From the IMG/VR virus record IMGVR_UViG_3300032093_011758, positions 8,362 through 72,361 of that record: 64,000 nt of DNA, one strand, 5' to 3'. Below the pieces are notes generated by a model. It did no database searches and was not told where the DNA came from. It worked only from the letters and a program-made list of their open reading frames with translations. A program made the position numbers and the translations under genes. The stretch comes from a virus. Positions 9,159-18,355 of this stretch are shown here, piece by piece (positions within the stretch are counted from its first letter, which is position 1; every line of letters starts with the position of its first letter).

Positions 9159-10462
9159 TGAAAAAAATAATCACAAGAGAACAAATGGAGTTCGGAGATT
9201 TACCCGGAGACATTAGACCTGATCCAAGTATTCAAAGAAAAGTAGAAAGAGGTGAAACTCCATATTCTAAACATCCCGCAATGCCTGAAGGGCCCAAAAA
9301 TTTTGACCAAATTGTTTCATCTAAAAGATTCAAGGATGTTGTAGAAAAGTTTGCTAGATATGCCGGAAGCACTCAAGCTTTGAGAGGTAGAAACGCGTTT
9401 CAAAATTTGATGATGAGTGCAATGGGTATGATGCAAAATATTGCTATGATTGAGATGAGAAACAAAGATTATCTTGAAAGATTAGCAGTTGAACTTGTAC
9501 GTCAAGAAATGGGTATTCCTGAGGGAAAGATTAATTTTGAAGCGGAATTGGTTCCTATGGGGTCATTAAGAGCCGCTAGAGATATGCAAGGTGAAGCCGA
9601 AGAATATACGGACGAAGAGATTAAGGATGCTTTTGAAGAAAACACTAGTGAATTAGAAGATTTTGTTGACGCCTTTGAGAAATTTAATATGGAGAAGGCA
9701 AAAAGAAGATTCATGAATTCACTCATTCAAGGTGCGGCTAAAAAAGGACACTATATGTTTGAGTTAGTAAGGTCTGAATTAGATACGATAAGTCCACAAC
9801 TCAGTAATTTATATGGTCTTTCTATGTCAACTCTTGATTATCTTTATTGGTTATATCCGGAAGATATGGTTCAACAAATGGCTTCATCTGGTCAAGGTCA
9901 AGCCGGACAAGAAGAAGTTGATTTACAAACCGACCCCCCGACAGTAAGAGCGAAAGGTTCTAGTTTTCCTATATTAGTTCATGAGTTATTAAAAGGTGTT
10001 TATGATATTTTAGCATCGCACGGATTACCTGACGATCCAAGACAATCTGAAATGGTTCTTGGATCAGAAGATACGTTACCTGCTGAAATTTGGGATATTA
10101 GACTTGGTCCTATTTTTTGGGAAAAATTTTTGGAAGCGTTTCCTGACAAATTGTTTGAAGATGATCAGAAAATGATTAGGAATTATCTTATTTCAAGATT
10201 TTCTATGTTGACAGCCGAAGAGTTTTTAGACATTTCTAAATCAGTTTTAGCGGGAGAATCAAGAGGTTCTAAATTTATAAAAGATTTAGTTGACACAATT
10301 GTTTCGGAACTAAAACAACAAGAGTACGATCAGGCAACAGGTGAATATGATGATGAAGAGGGTGGTTTAACCACGACTGACGGCGAGGATGAAGGTCCGG
10401 ATGATGACGATGATGATGATTTAGGATTCTTATCTAAATTAGGTATCAGTAGACCTAAATAA
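9158..10462 (+). CDS. hypothetical protein with acidic C-terminal tail (head cluster)
   Basis: 434-aa ORF, TAATG-coupled to the upstream gene, immediately before terminase. Confidence 0.75.
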   Translation: MKKIITREQMEFGDLPGDIRPDPSIQRKVERGETPYSKHPAMPEGPKNFDQIVSSKRFKDVVEKFARYAGSTQALRGRNAFQNLMMSAMGMMQNIAMIEMRNKDYLERLAVELVRQEMGIPEGKINFEAELVPMGSLRAARDMQGEAEEYTDEEIKDAFEENTSELEDFVDAFEKFNMEKAKRRFMNSLIQGAAKKGHYMFELVRSELDTISPQLSNLYGLSMSTLDYLYWLYPEDMVQQMASSGQGQAGQEEVDLQTDPPTVRAKGSSFPILVHELLKGVYDILASHGLPDDPRQSEMVLGSEDTLPAEIWDIRLGPIFWEKFLEAFPDKLFEDDQKMIRNYLISRFSMLTAEEFLDISKSVLAGESRGSKFIKDLVDTIVSELKQQEYDQATGEYDDEEGGLTTTDGEDEGPDDDDDDDLGFLSKLGISRPK

Positions 10463-10485
10463 CTATAATCTTTTAAAAAACAATT

Positions 10486-10510
10486 AAACCCCTCATTTTT
10501 GAGGGGTTTT
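10486..10510 (+). terminator. intrinsic terminator
   Basis: AAACCCCTCA-TTTT-TGAGGGGTTTT. Confidence 0.75.
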
Positions 10511-10512
10511 GA

Positions 10513-10519
10513 TATTTAT
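10513..10519 (+). promoter_or_regulatory. TATTTAT putative late promoter (terminase)
   Basis: Right after the terminator, 5 nt before ATG 10525. Confidence 0.6.
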
Positions 10520-10524
10520 AACAT

Positions 10525-12291
10525 ATGGGGCTAACAAAAGAACAATTAATTGTGGAGTATTCAAAGTGTGTAAAAAATACTCCATATGCGTTAAAAACTT
10601 ACTTACAAACATACGATAATACCGTATCCCAATATGTTCCTTTGGAACTTTTTCCGGATCAGGAATCGTTGTTAGAGGATTATGAAAAGTATAATGAAAA
10701 CATCGCTTTGAAATATCGTCAAGCGGGAGTATCTACAGTAACCGCGGCTTGGATATCCAAAAAGATTGCTTTTGCACAAAAGAAAAAACCGGAAAAAATT
10801 CTAATAATTGCAAATAAGTTAGATACCGCAATTGAAATGGCAAATAAGGTTCGTTCATTTACAGAACAATGGCCGAAATGGACTGGTATCGCTTTTTCAA
10901 AAGAAAAGGATTCTCAGAGACATTATAAATTGAACAATGGTTGTGAAGTTAAAGCGGTAGCAACCTCAAAAGATGCCCTTCGTGGATATACACCAACAAT
11001 ACTGATATTTGACGAGGCCGCGTATATTGAGGCTGATAGTGATTTCTGGGCGGCTTGTATGGCCTCTCTTTCTACCGGTGGTAAAGTTATAGTTATTTCA
11101 ACACCTAATGGATTTGACCCCATATATTACGAGATATACGATCAAGCCTTGAGATCTATGAATGAATTCAAAATTTCTGAGATGTATTGGTTTAAAGATC
11201 CAAGATATACCAAAGATTTGAGACTTCTCAAAGTTGACGATTTAATTCATTATCTATTGAATAGAGAAGATTATAAAAATATTGATACTATAGATTATTC
11301 TCATCTGAGTTTTACACAAAGGAATTTTGATGAGATAAAACAGAAGATTGCGGATGGATATAAACCTACTTCAACATGGTTTGAAGGGATGGTTAAAAAA
11401 TTAAAGTTTGACAAACGTAAAGTATCTCAGGAATTGGAGTGTAATTTTTTGGGATCCGGTGATAATGTATTTGATGCAAAATTAATGCAAAGTATTCATC
11501 AAAACTTCATCAAAGATCCTGAAAATAAAATGATGGGTGGGTCATTATGGATGTGGAAAGAACCGAAAGCTGATCATAAGTATATTCTTGGTATGGACGT
11601 ATCAAGAGGAGATTCTGAGGATTTTACATCTATCATTATAATTGATTTTGACGAGAGAGAACAGGTCCTTGAATACCTTGGTAAGGTTCCCCCGGATGTT
11701 GCCGCCGAGATTGCTTATAAATGGGGAATGATGTATAACGCGTTCATAGTTATTGATATCACCGGAGGTATGGGTGTGTCAAGTGCAAGGAAACTTCAAG
11801 AGATGGGGTATAAGAATTTATACGTGGATAATATTGAAGCAAATAATCCTTGGAAATACAACGCGAAATTACTTGAAAAAATACCAGGCATAAACTTCAA
11901 CAATAAAAGAGTTCAGATTATTGCGGCTTTTGAAGAGGCAATCAGACACGGGTTTAAAATTTATAGTCAAAGATTGTTTAATGAAATGAACACCTTCATT
12001 TACATAAACGGAAGACCAGACCATCAAAAAGGACATCACGATGACCTGATTATGGGAATATCTATGGCTGTTTATGTTGGTGAAAACTCATTTTCACAAC
12101 TCAAAAAAGTTGGAGAACAAACAAAGGCCATGATTGAATCATGGACAGTAAATTCAAATGAAAATAGTAGTAAGCAAATATCATTCAACCCTGTATTACC
12201 TGCCGGACCTATCATGGGAAATCAAAGAATGAATGAACCCACTAGAAAAGATTATGAAACTTACGGGTGGTTATTTGGTGGAAGGAGATAG
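10525..12291 (+). CDS. terL: terminase large subunit (T4 gp17-like)
   Basis: KYRQAGVST Walker-A variant, LIFDEAA Walker B, ISTPNG coupling motif, QELEC.F, nuclease GMDVSRG and HDDLIM. Confidence 0.93.
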   Translation: MGLTKEQLIVEYSKCVKNTPYALKTYLQTYDNTVSQYVPLELFPDQESLLEDYEKYNENIALKYRQAGVSTVTAAWISKKIAFAQKKKPEKILIIANKLDTAIEMANKVRSFTEQWPKWTGIAFSKEKDSQRHYKLNNGCEVKAVATSKDALRGYTPTILIFDEAAYIEADSDFWAACMASLSTGGKVIVISTPNGFDPIYYEIYDQALRSMNEFKISEMYWFKDPRYTKDLRLLKVDDLIHYLLNREDYKNIDTIDYSHLSFTQRNFDEIKQKIADGYKPTSTWFEGMVKKLKFDKRKVSQELECNFLGSGDNVFDAKLMQSIHQNFIKDPENKMMGGSLWMWKEPKADHKYILGMDVSRGDSEDFTSIIIIDFDEREQVLEYLGKVPPDVAAEIAYKWGMMYNAFIVIDITGGMGVSSARKLQEMGYKNLYVDNIEANNPWKYNAKLLEKIPGINFNNKRVQIIAAFEEAIRHGFKIYSQRLFNEMNTFIYINGRPDHQKGHHDDLIMGISMAVYVGENSFSQLKKVGEQTKAMIESWTVNSNENSSKQISFNPVLPAGPIMGNQRMNEPTRKDYETYGWLFGGRR

Positions 12292-12298
12292 TATTTAT
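12292..12298 (+). promoter_or_regulatory. TATTTAT putative late promoter (portal)
   Basis: Immediately after the terL stop. Confidence 0.6.
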
Positions 12299-12327
12299 TA
12301 AAAAAAAGGATATATTAAATTTATAGA

Positions 12328-14160
12328 ATGGAACAAAATAATAAAAATATGACAATTTGGCAAAGGCTATCAACCGCTTTTGGCCCAAATTCCCTTTTGA
12401 GTCAAGATTATCCTACGTTCAGGTATGATAAAAAAGAATTACTCAAAACCACAAATAAACAAGAGTACGAGAAACAAAAATTACAGGCTCAACAGACTGT
12501 ATATCTTGCCAATCAGTGGACAAAAATAGAAAATAATCTTTATGTTCAAGGAGTTTATTTTGAACCGACACGTTTGGCTTCGTATTATGATTATGAATCC
12601 ATGGAATACACACCGGAGATATCTGCCGCGTTAGATATATATGCTGAAGAATCAACTACAACAAGTCAGAATGGTTATGTCTTACAAATTTATTCTGAAT
12701 CAAAAAGAATTAAATCGGTGTTAGCGGACTTGTTTAATAATGCACTTGATATCAATACTAATCTTGTAATGTGGACAAGAAATACTTGTAAATATGGTGA
12801 CAATTTTGTGTACCTAAAATTGGACCCTGAGAAAGGTGTTGTTGGTTGTTTGCAACTTCCTAATATTGAAATTGAAAGAGTTGAAAGAAGTATGAAGGGT
12901 AAATCAACTTTGGATAGTGGTGATTCAGAACAAAAAGCGTTGAAGTTTCATTGGAAAAATAGAGATTTAGAATTTAATACTTGGGAGATAGCACACTTTA
13001 GATTACTCGGTGATGATAGAAAATTACCTTACGGAACTTCTATGTTGGAAAAGGCAAGAAGAATTTGGAAACAGCTCCTTTTGTCAGAAGATGCTATGTT
13101 AATTTACAGAACCTCAAGAGCACCTGAAAGAAGGGTATTTAAGGTTTTTGTTGGTAATATGGATGATAAAGACGTTGAACAATACGTACAACGTGTTGCA
13201 AACAAATTCAAAAGAGATCAGGTTGTGGATCACAAAACAGGTAATGTTGATTTGAGATTTAATCAAATGGCGGTGGATCAGGATTATTTTATTCCGGTTA
13301 GAGACCCCGCACAAACTATGCCAATTGAAACTTTACCAGGAGGTACCAATCTATCTGAGATAGCAGATATTGAATACATTCAAAAGAAATTATTAACCGC
13401 TTTGAGAGTTCCAAAAGCTTTCTTAGGGTTTGAAGAAGTCACTGGAGAAGGTAAAAATTTATCTTTACAGGATATCAGGTTTGCAAGAACTATCAACAGA
13501 ATCCAAAAAAATATGTTGGCGGAGTTAAATAAAATAGCCATTATACATTTATTTTTATTAGGTTTTGAAGATGAATTATCAAACTTTGTTCTCACTTTAA
13601 ATAATCCATCTAGCCAAGCGGATCTATTGAAAGTGGAAGTTTGGAAAGAAAAAATTACGCTATATAAAGATGCGGTTGGAGCTATTGATGGTATTGCACC
13701 TGTTTCACAATCATGGGCGAAAAAGAATATTCTTGGATTCTCTGATGAAGAAATCAAACTTGATATACAACAACAAAGAATTGAAAAAGCGGTGGCCAAA
13801 GAACTTGAAAATACTCCTAATGTCATTATGAAAACCGGAATTTTTGATGGTGTTGATAAGTTATACGGTGTTACCTCCGGTACTACAGGTGGAGGTGAAT
13901 CTATTAGTGGTGGAGAAAGTGGAGGAGGATCAAGTCCTGCAGGATTAGGAGGACCAAGTCCCGAACCTCCGGGTGGCGGGGAAGAACCAGGTGGTCCGCC
14001 TCCAGGTGGTGAATTAACACCCGAATCAAAGAAAGATAATTTGAACATTTTATTGGAAAATGATGATTTTTTAAGTGATGATTTGCTGATAGATTTATCC
14101 AAAGCTAAAAATTCTTTGGGTGAGATGGAAAAAGAATTGGAAAAACTTTTGAATAGTTAA
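12328..14160 (+). CDS. portal protein (T4 gp20-like) with Gly/Pro-rich C-terminal tail
   Basis: PEISAALDIYAEE, EDAMLIYRTSRAPERRVF.V.VGN, DYFIP.R, IETLPGG.NL, LRVPKAFL. Confidence 0.93.
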   Translation: MEQNNKNMTIWQRLSTAFGPNSLLSQDYPTFRYDKKELLKTTNKQEYEKQKLQAQQTVYLANQWTKIENNLYVQGVYFEPTRLASYYDYESMEYTPEISAALDIYAEESTTTSQNGYVLQIYSESKRIKSVLADLFNNALDINTNLVMWTRNTCKYGDNFVYLKLDPEKGVVGCLQLPNIEIERVERSMKGKSTLDSGDSEQKALKFHWKNRDLEFNTWEIAHFRLLGDDRKLPYGTSMLEKARRIWKQLLLSEDAMLIYRTSRAPERRVFKVFVGNMDDKDVEQYVQRVANKFKRDQVVDHKTGNVDLRFNQMAVDQDYFIPVRDPAQTMPIETLPGGTNLSEIADIEYIQKKLLTALRVPKAFLGFEEVTGEGKNLSLQDIRFARTINRIQKNMLAELNKIAIIHLFLLGFEDELSNFVLTLNNPSSQADLLKVEVWKEKITLYKDAVGAIDGIAPVSQSWAKKNILGFSDEEIKLDIQQQRIEKAVAKELENTPNVIMKTGIFDGVDKLYGVTSGTTGGGESISGGESGGGSSPAGLGGPSPEPPGGGEEPGGPPPGGELTPESKKDNLNILLENDDFLSDDLLIDLSKAKNSLGEMEKELEKLLNS

Positions 14161-14167
14161 TATTTAT
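14161..14167 (+). promoter_or_regulatory. TATTTAT putative late promoter
   Basis: Immediately after the portal stop. Confidence 0.6.
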
Positions 14168-14182
14168 TAATAAAATTACAAT

Positions 14183-14887
14183 ATGGAATTCGGACTATTA
14201 AAATCCAAAATAGAAAAAAAATTAGCAGATTCTTATCTGAATGAATCTTTCAAAAAAGAAATAGCTAATTTTAAAAAAATTGTTTTAAGTAATGAAAGCT
14301 TAAGTAAAGCGTTTCATATCTATAACGAACTAAATGATAATAAAAATTATTCAGACAGATTTGCTGAAGATTTTTTGGAGGAATGTATTGATCTTTATAA
14401 TAGATTAGAGGTTGATGAAAAAAGTTTTTTTCTTTTAGAGAAATGGGTAAGCGATGTTAAAACTGAAAACAATTATACAGTTATAGATAAAGTTTTAAAC
14501 AAAGGTTCAGTATTAATAGAAGATAGAATTAAATCTAAAACTATTATCATTGAAAAACTTAAAAAACCGAAGATTAAAAAAGAAACTATCAATATTTCTC
14601 TTTCTGAAATGGTAAATGTTGCAAATCAAAATTTAGAAAAATATCTATCTGAGTTGAATGAGTCAGATCTGAACATGATAAAGAAATATAAATCACTGAA
14701 CGAATCAGATTTGAAAAAAAGATATGAGGTGATAAGTGAAATTGTTATAGAAAAATTAGATCAAATTCAGAAAAACTCAAATGAAGAAATAAAAGGTAAA
14801 ATTAATGAGACTATAAATAAAATCAAAAGTCAAGATATTAATCCGCTAAATTTAGTTAAGTTAATTAGTTTGAACGAAACTTTATAA
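14183..14887 (+). CDS. hypothetical helical protein (head assembly cluster)
   Basis: 234-aa ORF between portal and protease, repeated LNE motifs. Confidence 0.75.
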   Translation: MEFGLLKSKIEKKLADSYLNESFKKEIANFKKIVLSNESLSKAFHIYNELNDNKNYSDRFAEDFLEECIDLYNRLEVDEKSFFLLEKWVSDVKTENNYTVIDKVLNKGSVLIEDRIKSKTIIIEKLKKPKIKKETINISLSEMVNVANQNLEKYLSELNESDLNMIKKYKSLNESDLKKRYEVISEIVIEKLDQIQKNSNEEIKGKINETINKIKSQDINPLNLVKLISLNETL

Positions 14888-15073
14888 ACTTTTTGATTTT
14901 AATTTTTGTCTGTAAATCGCCTTCTTTTTTTCAGTTCTTAATACTACAGATTTTTTCGTGAATTCTTTTTTATCTCTTAACAATTCGTTTTGTTTAGATT
15001 TAATGACCTTCTGTTTCAGAACTTTCAAGGCTTTTTCTAATGTTAAGTTTTTATCTAAATTTATTATAAACAT
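14882..15073 (-). CDS. rpsU: ribosomal protein bS21 (Bacteroidota-type)
   Basis: MFIINLDKNLTLEKALKVLKQKV...LRDKKEFTKKSVVLR...KAIYRQ; 63 aa from ATG 15073; Tyr54. Confidence 0.88.
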   Translation of the reverse strand: MFIINLDKNLTLEKALKVLKQKVIKSKQNELLRDKKEFTKKSVVLRTEKKKAIYRQKLKSKSL

Positions 15074-15089
15074 TAAATAACTTTTATAT

Positions 15090-15096
15090 ATAAATA
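15090..15096 (-). promoter_or_regulatory. TATTTAT putative late promoter (rpsU)
   Basis: ATAAATA on + strand, 16 nt upstream of the rpsU start. Confidence 0.55.
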
Positions 15097-15108
15097 TACT
15101 GAAGTTTT

Positions 15109-15137
15109 TTGACATGGATGTTTTATTTTCATATTTT
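15109..15137 (+). promoter_or_regulatory. TTGACA-N17-TATTTT promoter-like element
   Basis: -35-like hexamer with 17-nt spacer upstream of ORF 15170; similar element at 20214. Confidence 0.35.
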
Positions 15138-15169
15138 TTTTAAAATAAACTTTATGAATATGAAAATTA

Positions 15170-15619
15170 ATGAAAAAAGGAAAAAACTCTAAATTGACCG
15201 GACATAAATCATTCAAAATAAATTATGGCACCGTAGATTCAAAAAATTTAAAATCTGTTTATCTCACAATTCAAACATGGGCTGAACCTAAAAAAGAAAT
15301 AAATTCTCCAACAAGATCCGTAAATTTTCTATCAAGACAAATCAAACATTCAATATTGGACATACTTGATAAAAACCTATTCAACGAAAAATTTATAGTT
15401 GATTTAGATCTAAGATCAAGTGGTATACAAATGGGAAAAAAATCATTCCTTAATTTAGAATGTTTTTTTTACTTGAAAGAAGAAGAAGATTTTAAATCAT
15501 ACAGATTGAAAAATGAAATAAAAAAAGTTTGTGATTACATCATCAAAAAAAATTTCATCACATCTGAAACTTATACATTTTCTTTAACTAAAAAGGACAA
15601 AGCATTAAGAGAAAATTGA
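15170..15619 (+). CDS. hypothetical protein (between bS21 and prohead protease)
   Basis: 149-aa ORF. Confidence 0.75.
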   Translation: MKKGKNSKLTGHKSFKINYGTVDSKNLKSVYLTIQTWAEPKKEINSPTRSVNFLSRQIKHSILDILDKNLFNEKFIVDLDLRSSGIQMGKKSFLNLECFFYLKEEEDFKSYRLKNEIKKVCDYIIKKNFITSETYTFSLTKKDKALREN

Positions 15620-15637
15620 ATTAATAAACTTTTAATA

Positions 15638-15644
15638 TATTTAT
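15638..15644 (+). promoter_or_regulatory. TATTTAT putative late promoter (protease)
   Basis: Upstream of ATG 15658. Confidence 0.6.
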
Positions 15645-15657
15645 ATTAAAAAACAAA

Positions 15658-16386
15658 ATGAGAATACTAGGCCCAAATGAAATAGGTAAAGGAATATTAG
15701 TTGAGTATGACGCGGGTTATATTTCCCCAACAGATAAATACAACATTGAAATAATTAAGGAATCTAAAAATTTTTTAGATTATTCCAAACCTTTTGAGTT
15801 TTATGCTGTTCTTCAAAAGTATAATACACCAAATAGAAACGGAAGAATTTATCCTGAAAAGATTCTGAAAAGGGAAGCTGATAACTATAAAAAAATTATT
15901 CAGAAAGGAACCGCTCTTTCAGAATTAAATCACCCTGAATCTTCATTAATTGATCTTGATAGAGTTTCACATATGATTAGTGACGTTTGGTGGGAAGGTA
16001 ATATTTTGATGGGAAAGTTGAAATTATTAACATCTCCGGGTTTTCATGAGAGAGGTATAATTTCTTGTAAAGGGGATATCGCAGCAAACTATCTTAGACA
16101 AGGGGTTACATTAGGAATTTCATCAAGAGGTGTTGGATCACTGGCTAAGAAAGGAGATCAAAATGAAGTACAGGATGATTTTGAACTTATATGTTTTGAC
16201 CTTGTGTCTTCTCCATCTACACCAGGTGCTTATTTGTTTTTGAACGCGGAAGATAGAAATAAATATGAAGAAAATTTGGAGGAAGAAAACAAGATGAAAC
16301 AAAGTAGAATATCTCCTCTTGATAGTTCACAGACCGATAAGTCGCTTGATTTAATGAAAAAATTGTCTACATTTCTTGAAAAATAA
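15658..16386 (+). CDS. prohead core protease (T4 gp21-like)
   Basis: NRNGRIYP, ELNHP, DRVSH, GISSRGVGS, FDLVSSPSTPGA. Confidence 0.93.
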   Translation: MRILGPNEIGKGILVEYDAGYISPTDKYNIEIIKESKNFLDYSKPFEFYAVLQKYNTPNRNGRIYPEKILKREADNYKKIIQKGTALSELNHPESSLIDLDRVSHMISDVWWEGNILMGKLKLLTSPGFHERGIISCKGDIAANYLRQGVTLGISSRGVGSLAKKGDQNEVQDDFELICFDLVSSPSTPGAYLFLNAEDRNKYEENLEEENKMKQSRISPLDSSQTDKSLDLMKKLSTFLEK

Positions 16387-16389
16387 ATT

Positions 16390-16599
16390 ATGGAAGAAAA
16401 GTATTTTGTAGCAAAAATTCAGTATGATTTACCGGATGAAGCAACTGGTAAAATTAAAAAAATCAGAGAAGAAAAATTAGTAAGAGGTTATTCTGTAACA
16501 GATGTTGAAGCTAAAGTTACTAAAGCTTATGAAAGTTTTAGTCAAGAATGGAGAATCACATCAGTTGCGGAAAGTAAAATTGATGAAGTGATTAACTAA
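16390..16599 (+). CDS. small protein, DUF4494-like
   Basis: YFVAKIQY...GK.KK.REE.LV...SVTDVEAKV resembles Bacteroidota DUF4494 (from memory). Confidence 0.55.
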   Translation: MEEKYFVAKIQYDLPDEATGKIKKIREEKLVRGYSVTDVEAKVTKAYESFSQEWRITSVAESKIDEVIN

Positions 16600-16618
16600 T
16601 AAAATTAATTTTTTTTAC

Positions 16619-16646
16619 AAAGGAGAGTGTTAACTCTCCTTTTTTT
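16619..16646 (+). terminator. intrinsic terminator
   Basis: AAAGGAGAGT-GTTA-ACTCTCCTTTTTTT. Confidence 0.8.
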
Positions 16647-16657
16647 ATTATTGGAAA

Positions 16658-16664
16658 TATTTAT
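16658..16664 (+). promoter_or_regulatory. TATTTAT putative late promoter 1 (scaffold-MCP operon)
   Basis: Just downstream of the terminator. Confidence 0.55.
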
Positions 16665-16738
16665 ATGATAAATAAACCGGATATAACTTCTCTTAAGTAC
16701 AAAAAAATAAAAAGATTGTACTTTTTGATAAGTTGTAA

Positions 16739-16745
16739 TATTTAT
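16739..16745 (+). promoter_or_regulatory. TATTTAT putative late promoter 2 (scaffold-MCP operon)
   Basis: 18 nt before ATG 16764. Confidence 0.6.
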
Positions 16746-16763
16746 TGAAAATAATAAAATTAA

Positions 16764-18329
16764 ATGGCAGAAAAAAAATCTTTAGTAGAAGAAACATTAA
16801 TCCAAATGAAAGATTTGGAAAATGTTATTTCTGAAAACGCAAAAGGAATACTTCAATCTACAATGAAAGAAGAAATCGGAGAATTAGTAAAAGAATCATT
16901 GATGGAACAAGATGAAGAACCATCAGTTGGTTTCAAAGATGAAGAAGATGTTGAAGTTGATGTTGAAGACAATTTGGAAATGCCGGGTGATGAAGATTCA
17001 GATGAATTTGAAGTACCTACGGATACCGATGTTGATCAACCAATTGACTTAACTCAGGCTTCAGATGAAGAAATACTCAAAGTATTCAAAGGTATGGGTG
17101 AAGATGATGGTATTATTATCAAAAAAGATGGTAATATTATAGATCTTGAAGATACCGATGAAGATGTTGAGTATAAAATTCAAATGGGCGAATCAGAAGA
17201 AGAAAATTTTGATTTCTCTGAATTTCATGATGATGAAGATGATGATTATGAAATTGATCTCATGGGAAATAATGACGATGATCATAAATTTAAACCTATG
17301 GGTAAAATGAAAATGGATTCTGAAGAAACGTTCTTTGATGATGAGGATGATGAATATTCTCCGATGATTGCAAAAGAAGACATCGTCTACGAAATTGAAA
17401 TGGGTGATACAAATGATTTGGAAGAATCTGAAGAAGATGGGGAATATGACCTTGAAGAATCTGAAGAAGATGGGGAATATGACCTTGAAGAATCTGAAGA
17501 AGATGGGGAATATGACCTTGAAGAATCTGAAGAAGATGGGGAATATGACCTTGAAGAATCTGAAGAAGATGAAGAAGAAATTGTTTACGAAATTGAAGTA
17601 GACGAAGACGAAAACGAAGATGATTATGGAAAAGTAGAAGAAGGTTTCAAACGCAAAAAAGGAAAACCAACTTTTAAGTACAAAACTCAATCAGGTGGTT
17701 TTGATGAACACATGAAAGAAGGTCCAAAATCCGTTGGTACGGGTAGTGCTAAAAAGTTTAAGTATTCCGATGGTGAGAACGCCGGTAGTAAATTGGGTAA
17801 GAATAAAATAGTTAAAAAGTCTGAAACAAAAGAAGCTTCAAGAACTTTAGGTGCTGGTAGATATTTTGGAAAAAAAGGATTACCAAAACCTAAAGCGGCT
17901 CCAAGACATCTTAGAGTTGAATCTAACGAAGTTGAATTAAATTTGTTAAGAGAGAAGAATGAAGAGTACAGAAAAGCTCTTAATTTATTCAGAGGCAAAT
18001 TAAATGAAGTTGCAGTTTTTAATTCTAATTTGGCTTACGCAACAAGATTGTTTACCGAGCATTCAACAACTAAACAAGAAAAAATCAATATCTTAAGAAG
18101 ATTTGATTCAGTTGAAACTTTAAAAGAGTCAAAATCTCTTTACAAAACAATAAAAGATGAACTTTCATCTCAAACTAGTAACAAACCTACAAAAGAGGCA
18201 ATCCAAGAACAGATTGAAAGAACTCCGGCGTCAGGTTCTGCGACTAACTTAATTGAGTCAAAAACTTATGAAAATCCTCAATTTATGAGAATGAAAGACT
18301 TGATGGTCAAAATGAACATCAAAAACTAA
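16764..18329 (+). CDS. prohead core scaffolding protein (gp22-like)
   Basis: Very acidic; C-terminal coiled coil (LNEVAVFNSNLAYATRLF); between protease and MCP. Confidence 0.8.
   Translation: MAEKKSLVEETLIQMKDLENVISENAKGILQSTMKEEIGELVKESLMEQDEEPSVGFKDEEDVEVDVEDNLEMPGDEDSDEFEVPTDTDVDQPIDLTQASDEEILKVFKGMGEDDGIIIKKDGNIIDLEDTDEDVEYKIQMGESEEENFDFSEFHDDEDDDYEIDLMGNNDDDHKFKPMGKMKMDSEETFFDDEDDEYSPMIAKEDIVYEIEMGDTNDLEESEEDGEYDLEESEEDGEYDLEESEEDGEYDLEESEEDGEYDLEESEEDEEEIVYEIEVDEDENEDDYGKVEEGFKRKKGKPTFKYKTQSGGFDEHMKEGPKSVGTGSAKKFKYSDGENAGSKLGKNKIVKKSETKEASRTLGAGRYFGKKGLPKPKAAPRHLRVESNEVELNLLREKNEEYRKALNLFRGKLNEVAVFNSNLAYATRLFTEHSTTKQEKINILRRFDSVETLKESKSLYKTIKDELSSQTSNKPTKEAIQEQIERTPASGSATNLIESKTYENPQFMRMKDLMVKMNIKN
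17421..17571 (+). repeat. perfect 33-bp tandem repeat (4.6 copies) encoding EESEEDGEYDL
   Basis: GAAGAATCTGAAGAAGATGGGGAATATGACCTT starting at 17421, 17454, 17487, 17520 and (partial) 17553. Confidence 0.95.
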
Positions 18330-18355
18330 TAAACTAAAAATTAAATAAAAACAAA

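Noticed and set aside
13380-14102. 240-aa antisense ORF over the portal 3' end (also 8669-9184, 29644-30759, 17193-17690)
   Set aside because: Antisense to well-supported genes; explained by codon bias and low complexity.
17421-17571. Tandem repeat as a possible CRISPR array
   Set aside because: Units are directly adjacent with no unique spacers, in frame within the scaffold gene; no cas genes in the window.
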